A DNA stretch of 64,000 nt from Endomicrobiales bacterium (lineage in GTDB: Bacteria; Elusimicrobiota; Endomicrobiia; Endomicrobiales; JALOBY01). A model generated the notes under the pieces. That model did not search any database. It saw nothing but the letters and a program-made list of their open reading frames with translations, and was not told where the DNA came from. The stretch's first letter is position 1; each line of letters begins with the position of its first letter. The DNA is taken from NCBI GenBank assembly GCA_963796955.1, contig CAWCNJ010000008.1, positions 192,001 through 256,000 of the forward strand, written 5' to 3'. Shown here in pieces: positions 49,857-59,679 of the stretch. A program made the position numbers and the translations under genes.

Positions 49857-50544
49857 TCAGATCAAGAGCCTTGAAAAGGCTATTTCATATAAGTTCAAGG
49901 ATCCGGTCCTTGCGCAGAACGCTCTGACCCACAAATCGTACGCTACCGAGCAGGGTCTGAGCGAATTTAACGAGCGCATGGAGTTCCTGGGTGACAGCAT
50001 ACTGGGAGCCTCCGTTGCCGAGTTCCTATATAATAAGTATCCGAAGCAGGACGAAGGCCGCCTTTCACAGCTTAAATCGCAGATAGTATCACGGATCAAC
50101 TTAAGCAAGTGGGCAAAAGAGATAAAACTCGGCGCCTGCATGCTGATAAGCACCGGTGAGGAAGCCAGCGGCGGGCGCAATCGCGACTCGCTTCTGTCCA
50201 ACACCATGGAAGCGGTGATCGCCGCGATGTATCTGGACGGGGGATTTTCGACCGCCAGAGAATTTATCTTTAAGTATCTTGCGTCGCAGAAACGGCTTAT
50301 CGTCAGCGACTCAAAAAGTAAATTGCAGGAATATATGCAGTCGCAGTTCCAGACCCTCCCTGACTATAAAGTTGTTTCAGAATCAGGGCCCGACCATGAA
50401 AAGATATTTGAGATCGGCGTCATGCTGAAGGAAAAACTTCTGGGGACCGGTTCGGGAAAATCAAAGAAAGAAGCCGAGCAGGCAGCGGCCCGCAGCGCAC
50501 TCAGGGAAATTAATAAAGCAAAAAAAGCGACACAAAAGGCGTAG
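49849..50544 (+). CDS. rnc: Ribonuclease III
   Basis: ALTHKS, NERMEFLGDSIL, EAVIAA.YLDGG, dsRBD with KS.LQE...GPDH.K.F...G.SKKEAEQ.AA. Confidence 0.96.
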   Translation: MPNQIKSLEKAISYKFKDPVLAQNALTHKSYATEQGLSEFNERMEFLGDSILGASVAEFLYNKYPKQDEGRLSQLKSQIVSRINLSKWAKEIKLGACMLISTGEEASGGRNRDSLLSNTMEAVIAAMYLDGGFSTAREFIFKYLASQKRLIVSDSKSKLQEYMQSQFQTLPDYKVVSESGPDHEKIFEIGVMLKEKLLGTGSGKSKKEAEQAAARSALREINKAKKATQKA

Positions 50545-50588
50545 GGCCGGTGTTCAGACCACGTTAACAAACAAGGAGAAATAAGTAA

Positions 50589-51753
50589 ATGGATTATTTC
50601 CTCAGCGATGAACAAAAAATGATGAAGGACCTGGCGAGAAAGATCGCGCAGGAAAAAATGAAACCGGTGCGCGAGCATTACGACGAAACCGGCGAGTTCC
50701 CCTGGCCGATAGTGAAAGAGCTTGCGCAGGCTGACCTGTGCGGCGTGTATATCGGTTCTGAATACGGCGGCTTTGGCGGCGGTATTCTTGACCTGGTCAT
50801 TGTTGTCGAGGAGCTTTGCAAGGTTGACGGCGGCGTGGCGCTGGCGCTTGCAGCAACCGCACTTGGTACCTTCCCGATACTTATCCATGGTTCTGAAGAA
50901 CAGAAAAAGAAATTTTTGCCGGATATAGCCTCAGGTAAAAAACTTGCGGCCTTCGGTCTTACCGAACCGGAAGCAGGTTCTGATGCGACCGGTATGCGGA
51001 CCAGGCCGCAAAACTTGAAGGTGATTTTTACGTGCTCAACGGCACGAAATGCTTTATAACCAACGCCGGCGAAGCAGAGACCTATACGGTATTCGCGAAA
51101 ACAAACCCGGCGCGGCGCCAGGGGCATTTCCTGCTTCATAGTTGAAAAAGGAACCATGGTTTTAATTCGGCAAGAAAGAGAATAAGATGGGCATCAGGGC
51201 TTCCTCCACGAGCGAACTGATATTCAATAACTGGATGATACCCAAGAGCAAATTTGCTGGTGGAAAAGAAGGTATGGGTTTGATAATCGCGCAGGCGACA
51301 CTGGATGCATTCACGCCCGGGTGTTGCGGCGCAGGCTCTCGGAATAGCGGCCGGTGCGCTTGATGAAGCCTTCGGCTTATTCAGGCAGCGCAAACAGTTC
51401 GGCCTGCCTATATGCAGTCTTTCCAGGCTGTCCAGCACATGATGGCAAATATGGCGGTTGAAGTCGAAGCCGCAAGATGCTCTGATGTATGCGGTCGCAA
51501 GGAACGTGGACTCAGGACCGTTGAAGATCTTGCCAAGGAATCGGCAATGGCAAAGTCTACGCTTCGGAAGTGGCGATGGGGGTGACCACTGACGCCGTCC
51601 AGATCTTCGGCGGATACGGTTACTGCGAGAGTACCCGGTAGAGAAAATGATGAGGGACGCGAAGATAACACAATATATGAAGGCACCAGCCAGATACAGC
51701 GTAACGAGATCGCATTATCATTGATAAAAGAAGCGGCAGCGAACAAGCAGTAA
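50589..51753 (+). pseudogene. Acyl-CoA dehydrogenase (Bcd/CarC-like) with about 10 indels in its 3' ~700 bp
   Basis: AFGLTEPEAGSDA intact; NGTKCFITN, KMGIRAS, R.QFG, QIFGGYGY, RDAKITQ.YEGTSQIQR motifs can be read in shifting frames to TAA 51751-51753. Confidence 0.88.
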
Positions 51754-51776
51754 TCAAAATACATACTTAATATACA

Positions 51777-51817
51777 AGAAGGGCAACGGCACATCAAAAC
51801 AATGTCGTTGCCCTTCT
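51777..51817 (+). other. Intergenic stem-loop before etfB
   Basis: AGAAGGGCAACGGCA / TGTCGTTGCCCTTCT, 15 bp with one G-U, 11-nt loop, no clear U tract. Confidence 0.65.
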
Positions 51818-51851
51818 CAAAAGTACATGACACACCATATGAGGTAAAGCC

Positions 51852-52637
51852 ATGCACGTGATAGTCTGCATCAAACAGGTGCCCAACACGACAAACGTTC
51901 AGATCGACCCGCAAACGAACACCCTGAAACGCGAGGGAGTCGAGTCCATCATCAATCCGTTCGACGAATTCGCTATCGAGGAAGCCATACGCCTGAAAGA
52001 GCGTTGCGGCGCGAAAACGACGGTCGTCACCATGGGACCGCCGCAGGCTGAAGCTATACTGCGCGAAGCTATCGGTCGCGGTATAGAGAACGGCATCCTT
52101 ATCTCCGACCGGGCTTTTGCCGGTGCCGACACGTGGGCGACCGGATACACGCTGGCCATGGCGATCAAAAAGATCGGCGATGTAGATGTGATACTCTGCG
52201 GCAAACAGGCCACGGACGGCGACACTGCCCAGGTCGGGCCAAGCATAGCCGAAATGCTGGATATTCCGCATGTCGCCTACGTTAAAAAGATAGAGAACAT
52301 ATCCGAGACAACAACGACCGTCGAACGTATGATGGAAGACGGTTATGATGTGATAGAATCACCCCTGCCGGTGTTGCTGACCGTCGTCAAAGAGATCAAC
52401 ACCCCGCGCCTGCCTTCACTCAAGGGAATGATGGCGTCAAAGAAAGCGGTCATTACTGAATGGGGCGCCGCAGATATTAATGCCGAGGCGAAATTTATAG
52501 GTCTTACCGGCTCGCCGACACAGGTAAAAAAGATCTTCGCACCGCCAAGCCGTCCGGGCGGGGAAAAGCTGGAAGGCTCGCCCGAGAGCATCGGTCAAGC
52601 GCTGGTTGATAAACTTAAAAAATTACAGCTCATTTAA
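51852..52637 (+). CDS. etfB: Electron transfer flavoprotein beta subunit
   Basis: VCIKQVP, DRAFAGADT, GKQATDGDTAQVGP, PRLPSL, GLTGSPTQV. Confidence 0.95.
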   Translation: MHVIVCIKQVPNTTNVQIDPQTNTLKREGVESIINPFDEFAIEEAIRLKERCGAKTTVVTMGPPQAEAILREAIGRGIENGILISDRAFAGADTWATGYTLAMAIKKIGDVDVILCGKQATDGDTAQVGPSIAEMLDIPHVAYVKKIENISETTTTVERMMEDGYDVIESPLPVLLTVVKEINTPRLPSLKGMMASKKAVITEWGAADINAEAKFIGLTGSPTQVKKIFAPPSRPGGEKLEGSPESIGQALVDKLKKLQLI

Positions 52638-52652
52638 CATCGGAGAAAAACA

Positions 52653-53882
52653 ATGTCTAATCAGATAGTTGTCTCGCTTGAAAAATGCATAGGCTGCGGG
52701 CTGTGCGCCAGCGCGTGTCCGTTCGGAGCCATCGTTATCACAGAACGCCCGGACCATCCTAAGAAACTTAAATTAGCCGTGATAGATATGCACAAATGCA
52801 CCTTCTGCGGCAGCTGCGTAGAAGCCTGCAAAAAATTCGGAGCCATATCTCTTATCAAGGAAGAGCCCATACAGCTGGACAAAGATGTTTCGCATTACAA
52901 AGGCGTCTGGGTTTATGCAGAGCAGCGCCACGGCGAAATATCTGAAGTGGTTTTTGAGCTGCTCAGCAAAGGACGTGACCTGGCTGACAAATTGCAGCAG
53001 CCGCTTACCGCCATTCTGCTTGGCGATAAGATAGAACACAAGGCGGTGGATCTGATAGCCCACGGCGCAGACAGAGTTCTCCTCTATGACGACCCGATCC
53101 TGGCCGAATTCCAGGATGACTGCTACAGCGACATCCTCTCGCACCTTATAGAATCGGACAAGCCCGAGATAGTTCTGATGGGCGCCACCAATATCGGCCG
53201 CTCCTTCGCCAGCCGCGTCGCCGCAAAGATCTATACCGGCCTCACCGCTGACTGCACCGAACTGGAGATCGACCCTGAAACCAAGCTGCTGATGCAGACC
53301 CGCCCGGCTTTTGGCGGTAACATCATGGCAACGATCCTCTGCCCGCGCCATCGCCCACAGATGTCGACCGTGCGCCATAAGGTTTTTAAGCCGGCCCCCC
53401 GCGACCCGAACAGAACCGGCGAGATAATTAAGAAAACCTTTGATGCCGCTAAAACCATAAACCGAACAAAATTCCTTAATTTCGTCAAGGACCTCGGTGC
53501 GAAAGTTAACCTCTCAGATGCCGACATCATCGTCTCAGGCGGCAGAGGCGTAGGCAAACCTGAGAACTTCAAGCTGCTGCAGGATTTTGCAGACGCTATT
53601 GGCGGAGCACTGGGCGCATCAAGAGCCGCTGTTGACGCCGGCTGGATACCCTACGCCCATCAGGTAGGCCAAACCGGGCGTACGGTAGCCCCGAAACTAT
53701 ATATCGCCTGCGGCATATCGGGCCAGATCCAACATCTCGTCGGGATGGGGTCCTCGGACATCATCGTCGCCATAAACAAAGACCCGCACTGCCCCATGAT
53801 GAAAATGGCGACCTACGCCATAGAAGGCGATCTGTTCGAGTTGATCCCGCAGATCATATCAGCGATAAAGAAAAACGGCTAA
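52653..53882 (+). CDS. etfA: Electron transfer flavoprotein alpha subunit with N-terminal 2x[4Fe-4S] ferredoxin domain
   Basis: CIGCGLCASACP and CTFCGSCVEAC at the N-terminus; GLTADCT, RPAFGGN, QVGQTG, GISGQIQH. Confidence 0.95.
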   Translation: MSNQIVVSLEKCIGCGLCASACPFGAIVITERPDHPKKLKLAVIDMHKCTFCGSCVEACKKFGAISLIKEEPIQLDKDVSHYKGVWVYAEQRHGEISEVVFELLSKGRDLADKLQQPLTAILLGDKIEHKAVDLIAHGADRVLLYDDPILAEFQDDCYSDILSHLIESDKPEIVLMGATNIGRSFASRVAAKIYTGLTADCTELEIDPETKLLMQTRPAFGGNIMATILCPRHRPQMSTVRHKVFKPAPRDPNRTGEIIKKTFDAAKTINRTKFLNFVKDLGAKVNLSDADIIVSGGRGVGKPENFKLLQDFADAIGGALGASRAAVDAGWIPYAHQVGQTGRTVAPKLYIACGISGQIQHLVGMGSSDIIVAINKDPHCPMMKMATYAIEGDLFELIPQIISAIKKNG

Positions 53883-53902
53883 TTCATTCTTTCTGGGGAA
53901 TT

Positions 53903-55768
53903 ATGAAACGATCGTGGGTGTTGCCATGCCTGCTGCTCTGTATAACTGTTCCTGTCGCTGCAACGAACAGGACCAATTTTTTATCCCACGGTCCTTCGAC
54001 AGAGGCGTACGGGCGCGGTGAGACGGGCGCATCCAGCGGTACTGACATAGCGGCGGCATTTTATAATCCATCTCTCCTCTCCGGATTGCCGAACTGGGGA
54101 GCATCTCTTTCTGAATTTCCGTTGTACGACGGCTCCAATTACAGCTTCGCCGGGATCGGTAAGAATATCGACAACTTCGGTTTCATCGGACTGTCGGCTA
54201 TAAATCTTACCAGCGGTGAGGTTGAACTACGCGAAAACCTTACGCTTGACGCAGACAACACAACCCAGGCAAAAAGCTGGGCATACCTGATATCGTACGC
54301 ACGACCTCTCCCGCGGCTCTACGGCATTACCGCCGGCGCTAATATCAAATATATCTCACTGGACATAGATCAGCATTCCGGCGGGGCTCTTGGCGCCGAT
54401 ATCGGATTGTCCCGCGGTTTAACGCTGCCGGCGCTATTCGAATCTGAAACTGAACTTCAACTGGGACTTGCGGCGATTAACATTTTGCAGCCTTCTGTGA
54501 CGCTTATATCTCAAGCGGATACCTATGCAACCACCTATAGAGCCGGGGCCAGCTGGCACGTACCGACCGTTATGAGGGCGCTGGATTTTGATACCGCATC
54601 CATCTACACCGACGTTGTCATGGAAGACAGTACCATCAATTGTAACGCCGGCCTTGAATACGCCTTCGCCGGCCGATACATAGCACGTGCGGGAATGTAT
54701 GGGGATCACTACACCGCGGGACTCGGCTACCGCCTTTCAATACTGCATGTTGATTATGCCATGGATTTTGCGGGCTACACCAGTTTCAACCGCTTTAGCG
54801 TAAGCTATTTTTGGGGCGACGGGCAGAAACATCAACCATCTCCCAGACAGCCGGCAGCCGACAACACAGTCATCACCTCAAGCGCAGCACACGATGCCGC
54901 AGGTGTTACAGACCTGATGGTAGAGGCGAAACAGGCCTTAGCCCTCAGCAAAGAACAACAAGCCGCTCGTGACAAAGAAATAACCGTTCTGTATAAAGCT
55001 GCCAAGAAAGATTACAACAAAAAACGCTATTTAGTGGCTACAGAAAAGTTCAGCAACCTGATAATGAATTACCCGGAATGTAAGAACGCCGCTAAATATT
55101 ATTTACTGATCACAGAAAAGATGTTCGGCACGGCAACATCCGACAGTATGAGCGATTTCGAAGAACTCTCCTACGCTAAAGGGTACGTGGCTTACAAACA
55201 GCAAAATTTCCACGACGCGCTGAACGAATGGGAAAAAGTTATACAAACAAACCCCAAGCGCACCGAACTTACGGAATATATTGAAAAAGCATCCGTCTAC
55301 CTGAAAGATCAGGCGCGCGCTGCCCGAGAGCGCGAAGCGAACGAGAAAGCGCAGGCAATATTCGACGAAGGCGTAAAACACTTCAACGACAACAAACTGG
55401 TAGCCTGCATAAAGAAAATGGAATCTCTGCAGGATTTCTGCAAAGCGCAGCCTGATTTCTCTAAAGCCGCGGACTGGACGAACAAAGCTACAGAATATAT
55501 AAATAAGTCCCTCAAAGACCTTGCTGCCTCGCTTAAGAAAGAGCGCAAAGCCCGCACGCAGGAAGTAAAGGTCCAGGAGCAGAAGAAACCTGAAGTGGAA
55601 CTGGACACCGAGGGCGCCGACAAGCGATACAAAGAGGGCCTTATCCTCTACGCCCAGGGCAAAACAAGCGACGCTATTAATATGTGGGAAATAGCCATCC
55701 GGTTGAACCCCAATCATGAAAAAGCACAAAAAGCCATCGTCAAAGCAAACGAAGAATTGAAGAGATAA
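53903..55768 (+). CDS. Outer-membrane PorV/FadL-like beta-barrel protein fused to C-terminal TPRs
   Basis: Signal peptide; G....YGRG....D..A.FYNP..L family N-terminus; alternating beta-strand pattern ending DYA...RFSVSYFW; charged TPR-like helices. Confidence 0.65.
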   Translation: MKRSWVLPCLLLCITVPVAATNRTNFLSHGPSTEAYGRGETGASSGTDIAAAFYNPSLLSGLPNWGASLSEFPLYDGSNYSFAGIGKNIDNFGFIGLSAINLTSGEVELRENLTLDADNTTQAKSWAYLISYARPLPRLYGITAGANIKYISLDIDQHSGGALGADIGLSRGLTLPALFESETELQLGLAAINILQPSVTLISQADTYATTYRAGASWHVPTVMRALDFDTASIYTDVVMEDSTINCNAGLEYAFAGRYIARAGMYGDHYTAGLGYRLSILHVDYAMDFAGYTSFNRFSVSYFWGDGQKHQPSPRQPAADNTVITSSAAHDAAGVTDLMVEAKQALALSKEQQAARDKEITVLYKAAKKDYNKKRYLVATEKFSNLIMNYPECKNAAKYYLLITEKMFGTATSDSMSDFEELSYAKGYVAYKQQNFHDALNEWEKVIQTNPKRTELTEYIEKASVYLKDQARAAREREANEKAQAIFDEGVKHFNDNKLVACIKKMESLQDFCKAQPDFSKAADWTNKATEYINKSLKDLAASLKKERKARTQEVKVQEQKKPEVELDTEGADKRYKEGLILYAQGKTSDAINMWEIAIRLNPNHEKAQKAIVKANEELKR

Positions 55769-55803
55769 GCAAGTACAATGCGCCCTGAGGTCAGCAAGTT
55801 TTC

Positions 55804-55832
55804 TTGACAATAAAAAGGTTTTGATGTATAAT
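55804..55832 (+). promoter_or_regulatory. Consensus sigma70 promoter of the hydrogenase operon
   Basis: TTGACA (55804-55809), 17 nt, TATAAT (55827-55832). Confidence 0.85.
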
Positions 55833-55874
55833 CAGTGTGAACCTGAACAACGGTTCTCATTTTTTAGGGCCACA

Positions 55875-55892
55875 TTGTGAAATATTTCACAA
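55875..55892. promoter_or_regulatory. Rex (NADH/NAD+ sensor) operator
   Basis: Perfect palindrome TTGTGAAATATTTCACAA matching the Rex consensus TTGTGAA-N4-TTCACAA. Confidence 0.8.
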
Positions 55893-55976
55893 GCAACATG
55901 TAACCTAGTCAATTATTCTGTCCGAGGGAACCATCGCTGTTTTCCTCATTAAATAACCGACGAAGACCTGGTCATT

Positions 55977-57017
55977 ATGGCAACATACTTTATTTCAACC
56001 GTTAACTGGGCTGATTTCGTTCAGTCCATTTCAAAACAATTTACTACTTTTTGCCTGCAGGGGTATGGGAAGAATTTGTTTTGGGAACCCATAACGCCCG
56101 AGAACATAGAGAGCGCGATCGTTTCAAAATATCGCGCCGTAACTCCGGTCAAGCAGTTCTTTTTTCCGCTCAAAGAAGAAGTAACGAAAGAGCCGGCGGA
56201 AAAAAAGGTGCTGCTTATCGGCGTAAAGGCATGCGATCTGGCCCACCTGACCACCGCTGATAATATTTTTCTTGGCGGCGTGCTGGTAGACCCGTATTAT
56301 GCCGTCAAACGGCAGAACACCATCATTATTTCAAGCGATTGCAATGATTATCTGCCGACGTGTTTTTGCACGCACATGGAAGGTTCTCCAAGTCCTTCCA
56401 AAGGGTACGATCTGAACCTCACATCGGTCAGGGGCGGCTATATCGTTGAGACGGGCACGGCCAAGGGTGAAGACCTGGTAGCGCAAAGAAAGAACCTGTT
56501 CCAGGTGGCGCAGGCGGAATTGATCGCCGCGCGCAAAGCCCAGCGGGCCAAGATGGTCCAGGCGGTCACGGAGAACAACGCGCAGTTCCACTGGTCCAAT
56601 CCTCACGACCTGGTAAGCGCGACCTGCGACACGGCCCCCTGGAAAAATGATATTGCAAAGACCTGTGTAGAGTGCGACGCCTGCAGGTTCGCCTGCGGTT
56701 CATGCTACTGTTTTCTTCTGGGCGAAACGAAAAAATTGTGGGAGAAAACACGCACGTGGGATTCCTGCCAGTCCTGCGGTTATGGCCGTGTCGCCGGCGG
56801 CGCTAATCCTCGCAAAACACGGGACGAAAGATTACGTAATTTCTATACGTGTAAGCTGGTGTACCGGAAAGAGAACTTCGGTTCGTACGCCTGCACGGGC
56901 TGCGGCCGCTGCATAGAGGTGTGCCAGGGTAAGATCGATATCCGCAAGTCGCTGGAAAAGCTTAACGATGCCAACGAGAGCAGCAAGATAAAAGAGAGCG
57001 ATAAGAAAGATGTTTAA
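55977..57017 (+). CDS. AsrA / sulfhydrogenase beta-like 4Fe-4S protein
   Basis: GVKACD, CFC, CVECDACRFACGSCYC, R.WDSC, CTGCGRCIEVC. Confidence 0.85.
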   Translation: MATYFISTVNWADFVQSISKQFTTFCLQGYGKNLFWEPITPENIESAIVSKYRAVTPVKQFFFPLKEEVTKEPAEKKVLLIGVKACDLAHLTTADNIFLGGVLVDPYYAVKRQNTIIISSDCNDYLPTCFCTHMEGSPSPSKGYDLNLTSVRGGYIVETGTAKGEDLVAQRKNLFQVAQAELIAARKAQRAKMVQAVTENNAQFHWSNPHDLVSATCDTAPWKNDIAKTCVECDACRFACGSCYCFLLGETKKLWEKTRTWDSCQSCGYGRVAGGANPRKTRDERLRNFYTCKLVYRKENFGSYACTGCGRCIEVCQGKIDIRKSLEKLNDANESSKIKESDKKDV

Positions 57018-57834
57018 AAGCCCGTATCAACCAATAGCGGCGACCCTGGAAAAAGTCATAGAGGAATCGTCAAATATAAAAACGTTCGTTCTGCGGCCGC
57101 ACGAACCGTTCTCGTTCATAACGGGACAGTTCATTGAACTGTCACTGCCCGGCGTCGGCGAAGCGCCTTTCACGCCGTCGTCCTCGCCGATGGACACCAG
57201 CACGATCGACGTTACGATCATGAAGGCCGGTATGCTGACCGAACGTATTCATGCCCTGAAAGGCGGTGAAACACTGGGCATCCGCGGGCCGTACGGGACC
57301 GGCTATCCCGTCGACAAATTTCACGGCAAGGAAGTGCTTATCCTGGGTGGAGGCGTTGGTTTGGCGCCGCTGCGTTCTTTCATGTACACCTGCTTTTCCC
57401 AGATCGATAAATTCAAGAACCTTGTGCTGTGCTACGGCTCCAAAACGCCGGACGACGTGGTTTACAAATACCTGTTCCCCGAATGGGAAAGAATTAAGGG
57501 GTTCGATATTTTAAAAAGCGTCGATAAATGTCCGATCGGCTCCTGGAACGGGCAGGTGGGACTGGTCACCTGTCTGCTAGACAGCATGAAAAAGATGGAC
57601 ACCGAGCGCGCGGTAGCGGTGGTTTGCGGTCCTCCGATAATGATGAAATTCGGGACCATCAAACTCCTTGAGCTTGGTTTTAAACCGGCTAACATCTACC
57701 TGTCTATGGAAACGAACATGTCGTGCGGCCTGGGAAAATGCGGCCACTGCCAGCTGGGGCCCTATTTTATCTGTAAGGACGGACCGGTATTCACCTACGA
57801 GCAGATAAAAACTATTCCGGGCGCGTTCCACTAA
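57010..57834 (+). CDS. AsrB / sulfhydrogenase gamma-like FAD/NAD(P)-binding [2Fe-2S] protein
   Basis: GQF, GEAP, RGPYG, GGGVGLAPLRS, CGPPIMM, MSCGLGKCGHC...CKDGPVF. Confidence 0.88.
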   Translation: MFKSPYQPIAATLEKVIEESSNIKTFVLRPHEPFSFITGQFIELSLPGVGEAPFTPSSSPMDTSTIDVTIMKAGMLTERIHALKGGETLGIRGPYGTGYPVDKFHGKEVLILGGGVGLAPLRSFMYTCFSQIDKFKNLVLCYGSKTPDDVVYKYLFPEWERIKGFDILKSVDKCPIGSWNGQVGLVTCLLDSMKKMDTERAVAVVCGPPIMMKFGTIKLLELGFKPANIYLSMETNMSCGLGKCGHCQLGPYFICKDGPVFTYEQIKTIPGAFH

Positions 57835-57837
57835 TTT

Positions 57838-58326
57838 ATGAAAAAACTTTTGATTGATCTTGAGAAGTGTTATAACTGTGATAAAAAATGCATGGTAAAG
57901 TGCAGTTATCACACCAATGCGGGCGGGGAAGTTTTCACGCGGTTGGTCGCCCTGGGTATTCAGGAACACGTGTGCCGCCGCTGCGAAGAGCCGCCCTGCG
58001 TGAACGCGTGCCCGCAAAAGGCGCTGGAGAAAGACGCGAACGGGATGCTGCAACGCTACTCAATGCGCTGCACATCGTGCAAGACCTGTACGGTCGCCTG
58101 TCCGTTCGGCGTTATTATCCCTGAGATCGTTGAATACAAGACCATCGGCTGCGATCTCTGCGAAGGCCGCTGCGACGACAACACTCCGCCGCTGTGCGCT
58201 AAGGAATGCCCGAACCACGCATTCCAATGGGTGGAAACAGCCGAGGACCCGTCAAAAGATATCTATGCGGTGCGCGGCGGAAAATATTTTGTGCACACGG
58301 TAAGATGGCGGGGACCGGTAAAATGA
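57838..58326 (+). CDS. Multi-[4Fe-4S] electron-transfer subunit (HycB/DmsB-like)
   Basis: CRRCEEPPCVNACP, CTSCKTCTVACPFG, CDLC...P.C...CP. Confidence 0.85.
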   Translation: MKKLLIDLEKCYNCDKKCMVKCSYHTNAGGEVFTRLVALGIQEHVCRRCEEPPCVNACPQKALEKDANGMLQRYSMRCTSCKTCTVACPFGVIIPEIVEYKTIGCDLCEGRCDDNTPPLCAKECPNHAFQWVETAEDPSKDIYAVRGGKYFVHTVRWRGPVK

Positions 58327-59234
58327 TGATCTCGCTCTTTCACTATTTTGTGTTCCCGGGTTTACTGTTCCTGATAGCGGCTGGCGTACTGGTATCCTGG
58401 ATAGACCGCAAGGTAACGGCCCGGGTGCAATGGCGTCAGGGCCCGCCGCTGCTGCAGCCGGCCTACGATCTTATAAAACTTTTCATGAAAGAGATCATCG
58501 TGCCGGTGCACGGCAACGCGCGGCTGTTCATCCTGGCGCCCGCCATTGCGGTCTTGTGCGTCGTATTGGTGGCAAATCATGTCTTGCTGGTGGCATTTCA
58601 GCCGTCTGCCGGGTACGCTGGTGATGTGGTCGTCGTTCTGTATCTGTTCGCCATGCTGCCTCTGTGTTCAGTGCTCGGCGCCTCCGCTTCGGGCAATCCC
58701 ATGGCTTCCGTGGGCGCCAGCAGGGAAATGAAGCTGGTGTTAAGCTACGAACTGCCGCTGATCATCGCCGTGCTGCTCCCCGCGCTTAAAGCAGGCACAT
58801 TCTCTCTGCGGGAATTAGCCGCTTTTCAACAGAGCAACGGTTCTTTCGCCGCCAGTTTTTCAGGCTTTCTAGCCATGGTGATCGCCTTCGTGTGCCTGCA
58901 GGGGAAAATGGGTCTGGTGCCCTTTGACGCCGCCGAGGCCGAACAGGAAATATCCGGCGGCAGCATGATAGAATATTCAGGACCGCTGCTGGCCCTGTGG
59001 AAGTTCAGTAAAATGGTCATGCTGATCGCGGCGCCTTTTTTTATCGCAACCGTGTTCTGGGGCGGCGGAAAACCCGTTCTGCTGATCGTTAAATATGTTG
59101 TTCTGTTGTCGGCTGCGATCGTAATGCGCAACACCAATCCGCGTCTGCGTATAGACCAGATCGTAAAATTTTTCTGGGGGATCGTGACCGTTGCCGCCGT
59201 TCTTGCGCTGGGATTATCGGCCATTGGCTTTTAA
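58323..59234 (+). CDS. NuoH/HyfC/MbhM-like membrane subunit
   Basis: DRKVTARVQWRQGPP..QP.YD..KL, PFD..EAEQE..GG...EYSG, PRLRIDQ. Confidence 0.92.
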   Translation: MMISLFHYFVFPGLLFLIAAGVLVSWIDRKVTARVQWRQGPPLLQPAYDLIKLFMKEIIVPVHGNARLFILAPAIAVLCVVLVANHVLLVAFQPSAGYAGDVVVVLYLFAMLPLCSVLGASASGNPMASVGASREMKLVLSYELPLIIAVLLPALKAGTFSLRELAAFQQSNGSFAASFSGFLAMVIAFVCLQGKMGLVPFDAAEAEQEISGGSMIEYSGPLLALWKFSKMVMLIAAPFFIATVFWGGGKPVLLIVKYVVLLSAAIVMRNTNPRLRIDQIVKFFWGIVTVAAVLALGLSAIGF

Positions 59235-59247
59235 TGAAAAATATAAT

Positions 59248-59679
59248 ATGATTACCAAAGAGAAACTTTTTACCAAATCGCTGTTCGCACTGCACGTGCC
59301 CTGCAGCCCCTGCAACAATTGCGACATAGAGATCGCGGCGCTTTTCACGCCGCGGTTCGATGTCGAGAGGCTGGGTATCCAGCTGGTCGGTTCCGTGCGG
59401 CACGCCGATGTGCTGGTCTGCACAGGCTGTATCAACAATAAGATCGTACACCGTCTGCGTAAAATTTACGAGCAGGCGCCGAAACCGGTATACGTTATAG
59501 CGATCGGCGGCTGTGCGTGCTCCGAGATAATTTTCAAAGACTCGTACAATACATGCGGTCCTCTCGATAAGATATTACCCGTCGATGTGTATGTGCCGGG
59601 CTGCCCCCCGCGTCCTGAAGCAATGATGGCGGGCTTTTTAAAGCTTATTGAAAAGATTAAAGCAGGTAAACCAAAATGA
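59248..59679 (+). CDS. Group 4 [NiFe]-hydrogenase small subunit (NuoB-like)
   Basis: CNNCDIE, RHADVL..TG, AIGGCA, VDVYVPGCPPRPEA. Confidence 0.92.
   Translation: MITKEKLFTKSLFALHVPCSPCNNCDIEIAALFTPRFDVERLGIQLVGSVRHADVLVCTGCINNKIVHRLRKIYEQAPKPVYVIAIGGCACSEIIFKDSYNTCGPLDKILPVDVYVPGCPPRPEAMMAGFLKLIEKIKAGKPK

Noticed and set aside
55977..57834. Anaerobic sulfite reductase AsrABC
   Set aside because: No siroheme AsrC subunit follows; the genes run straight into hydrogenase subunits.
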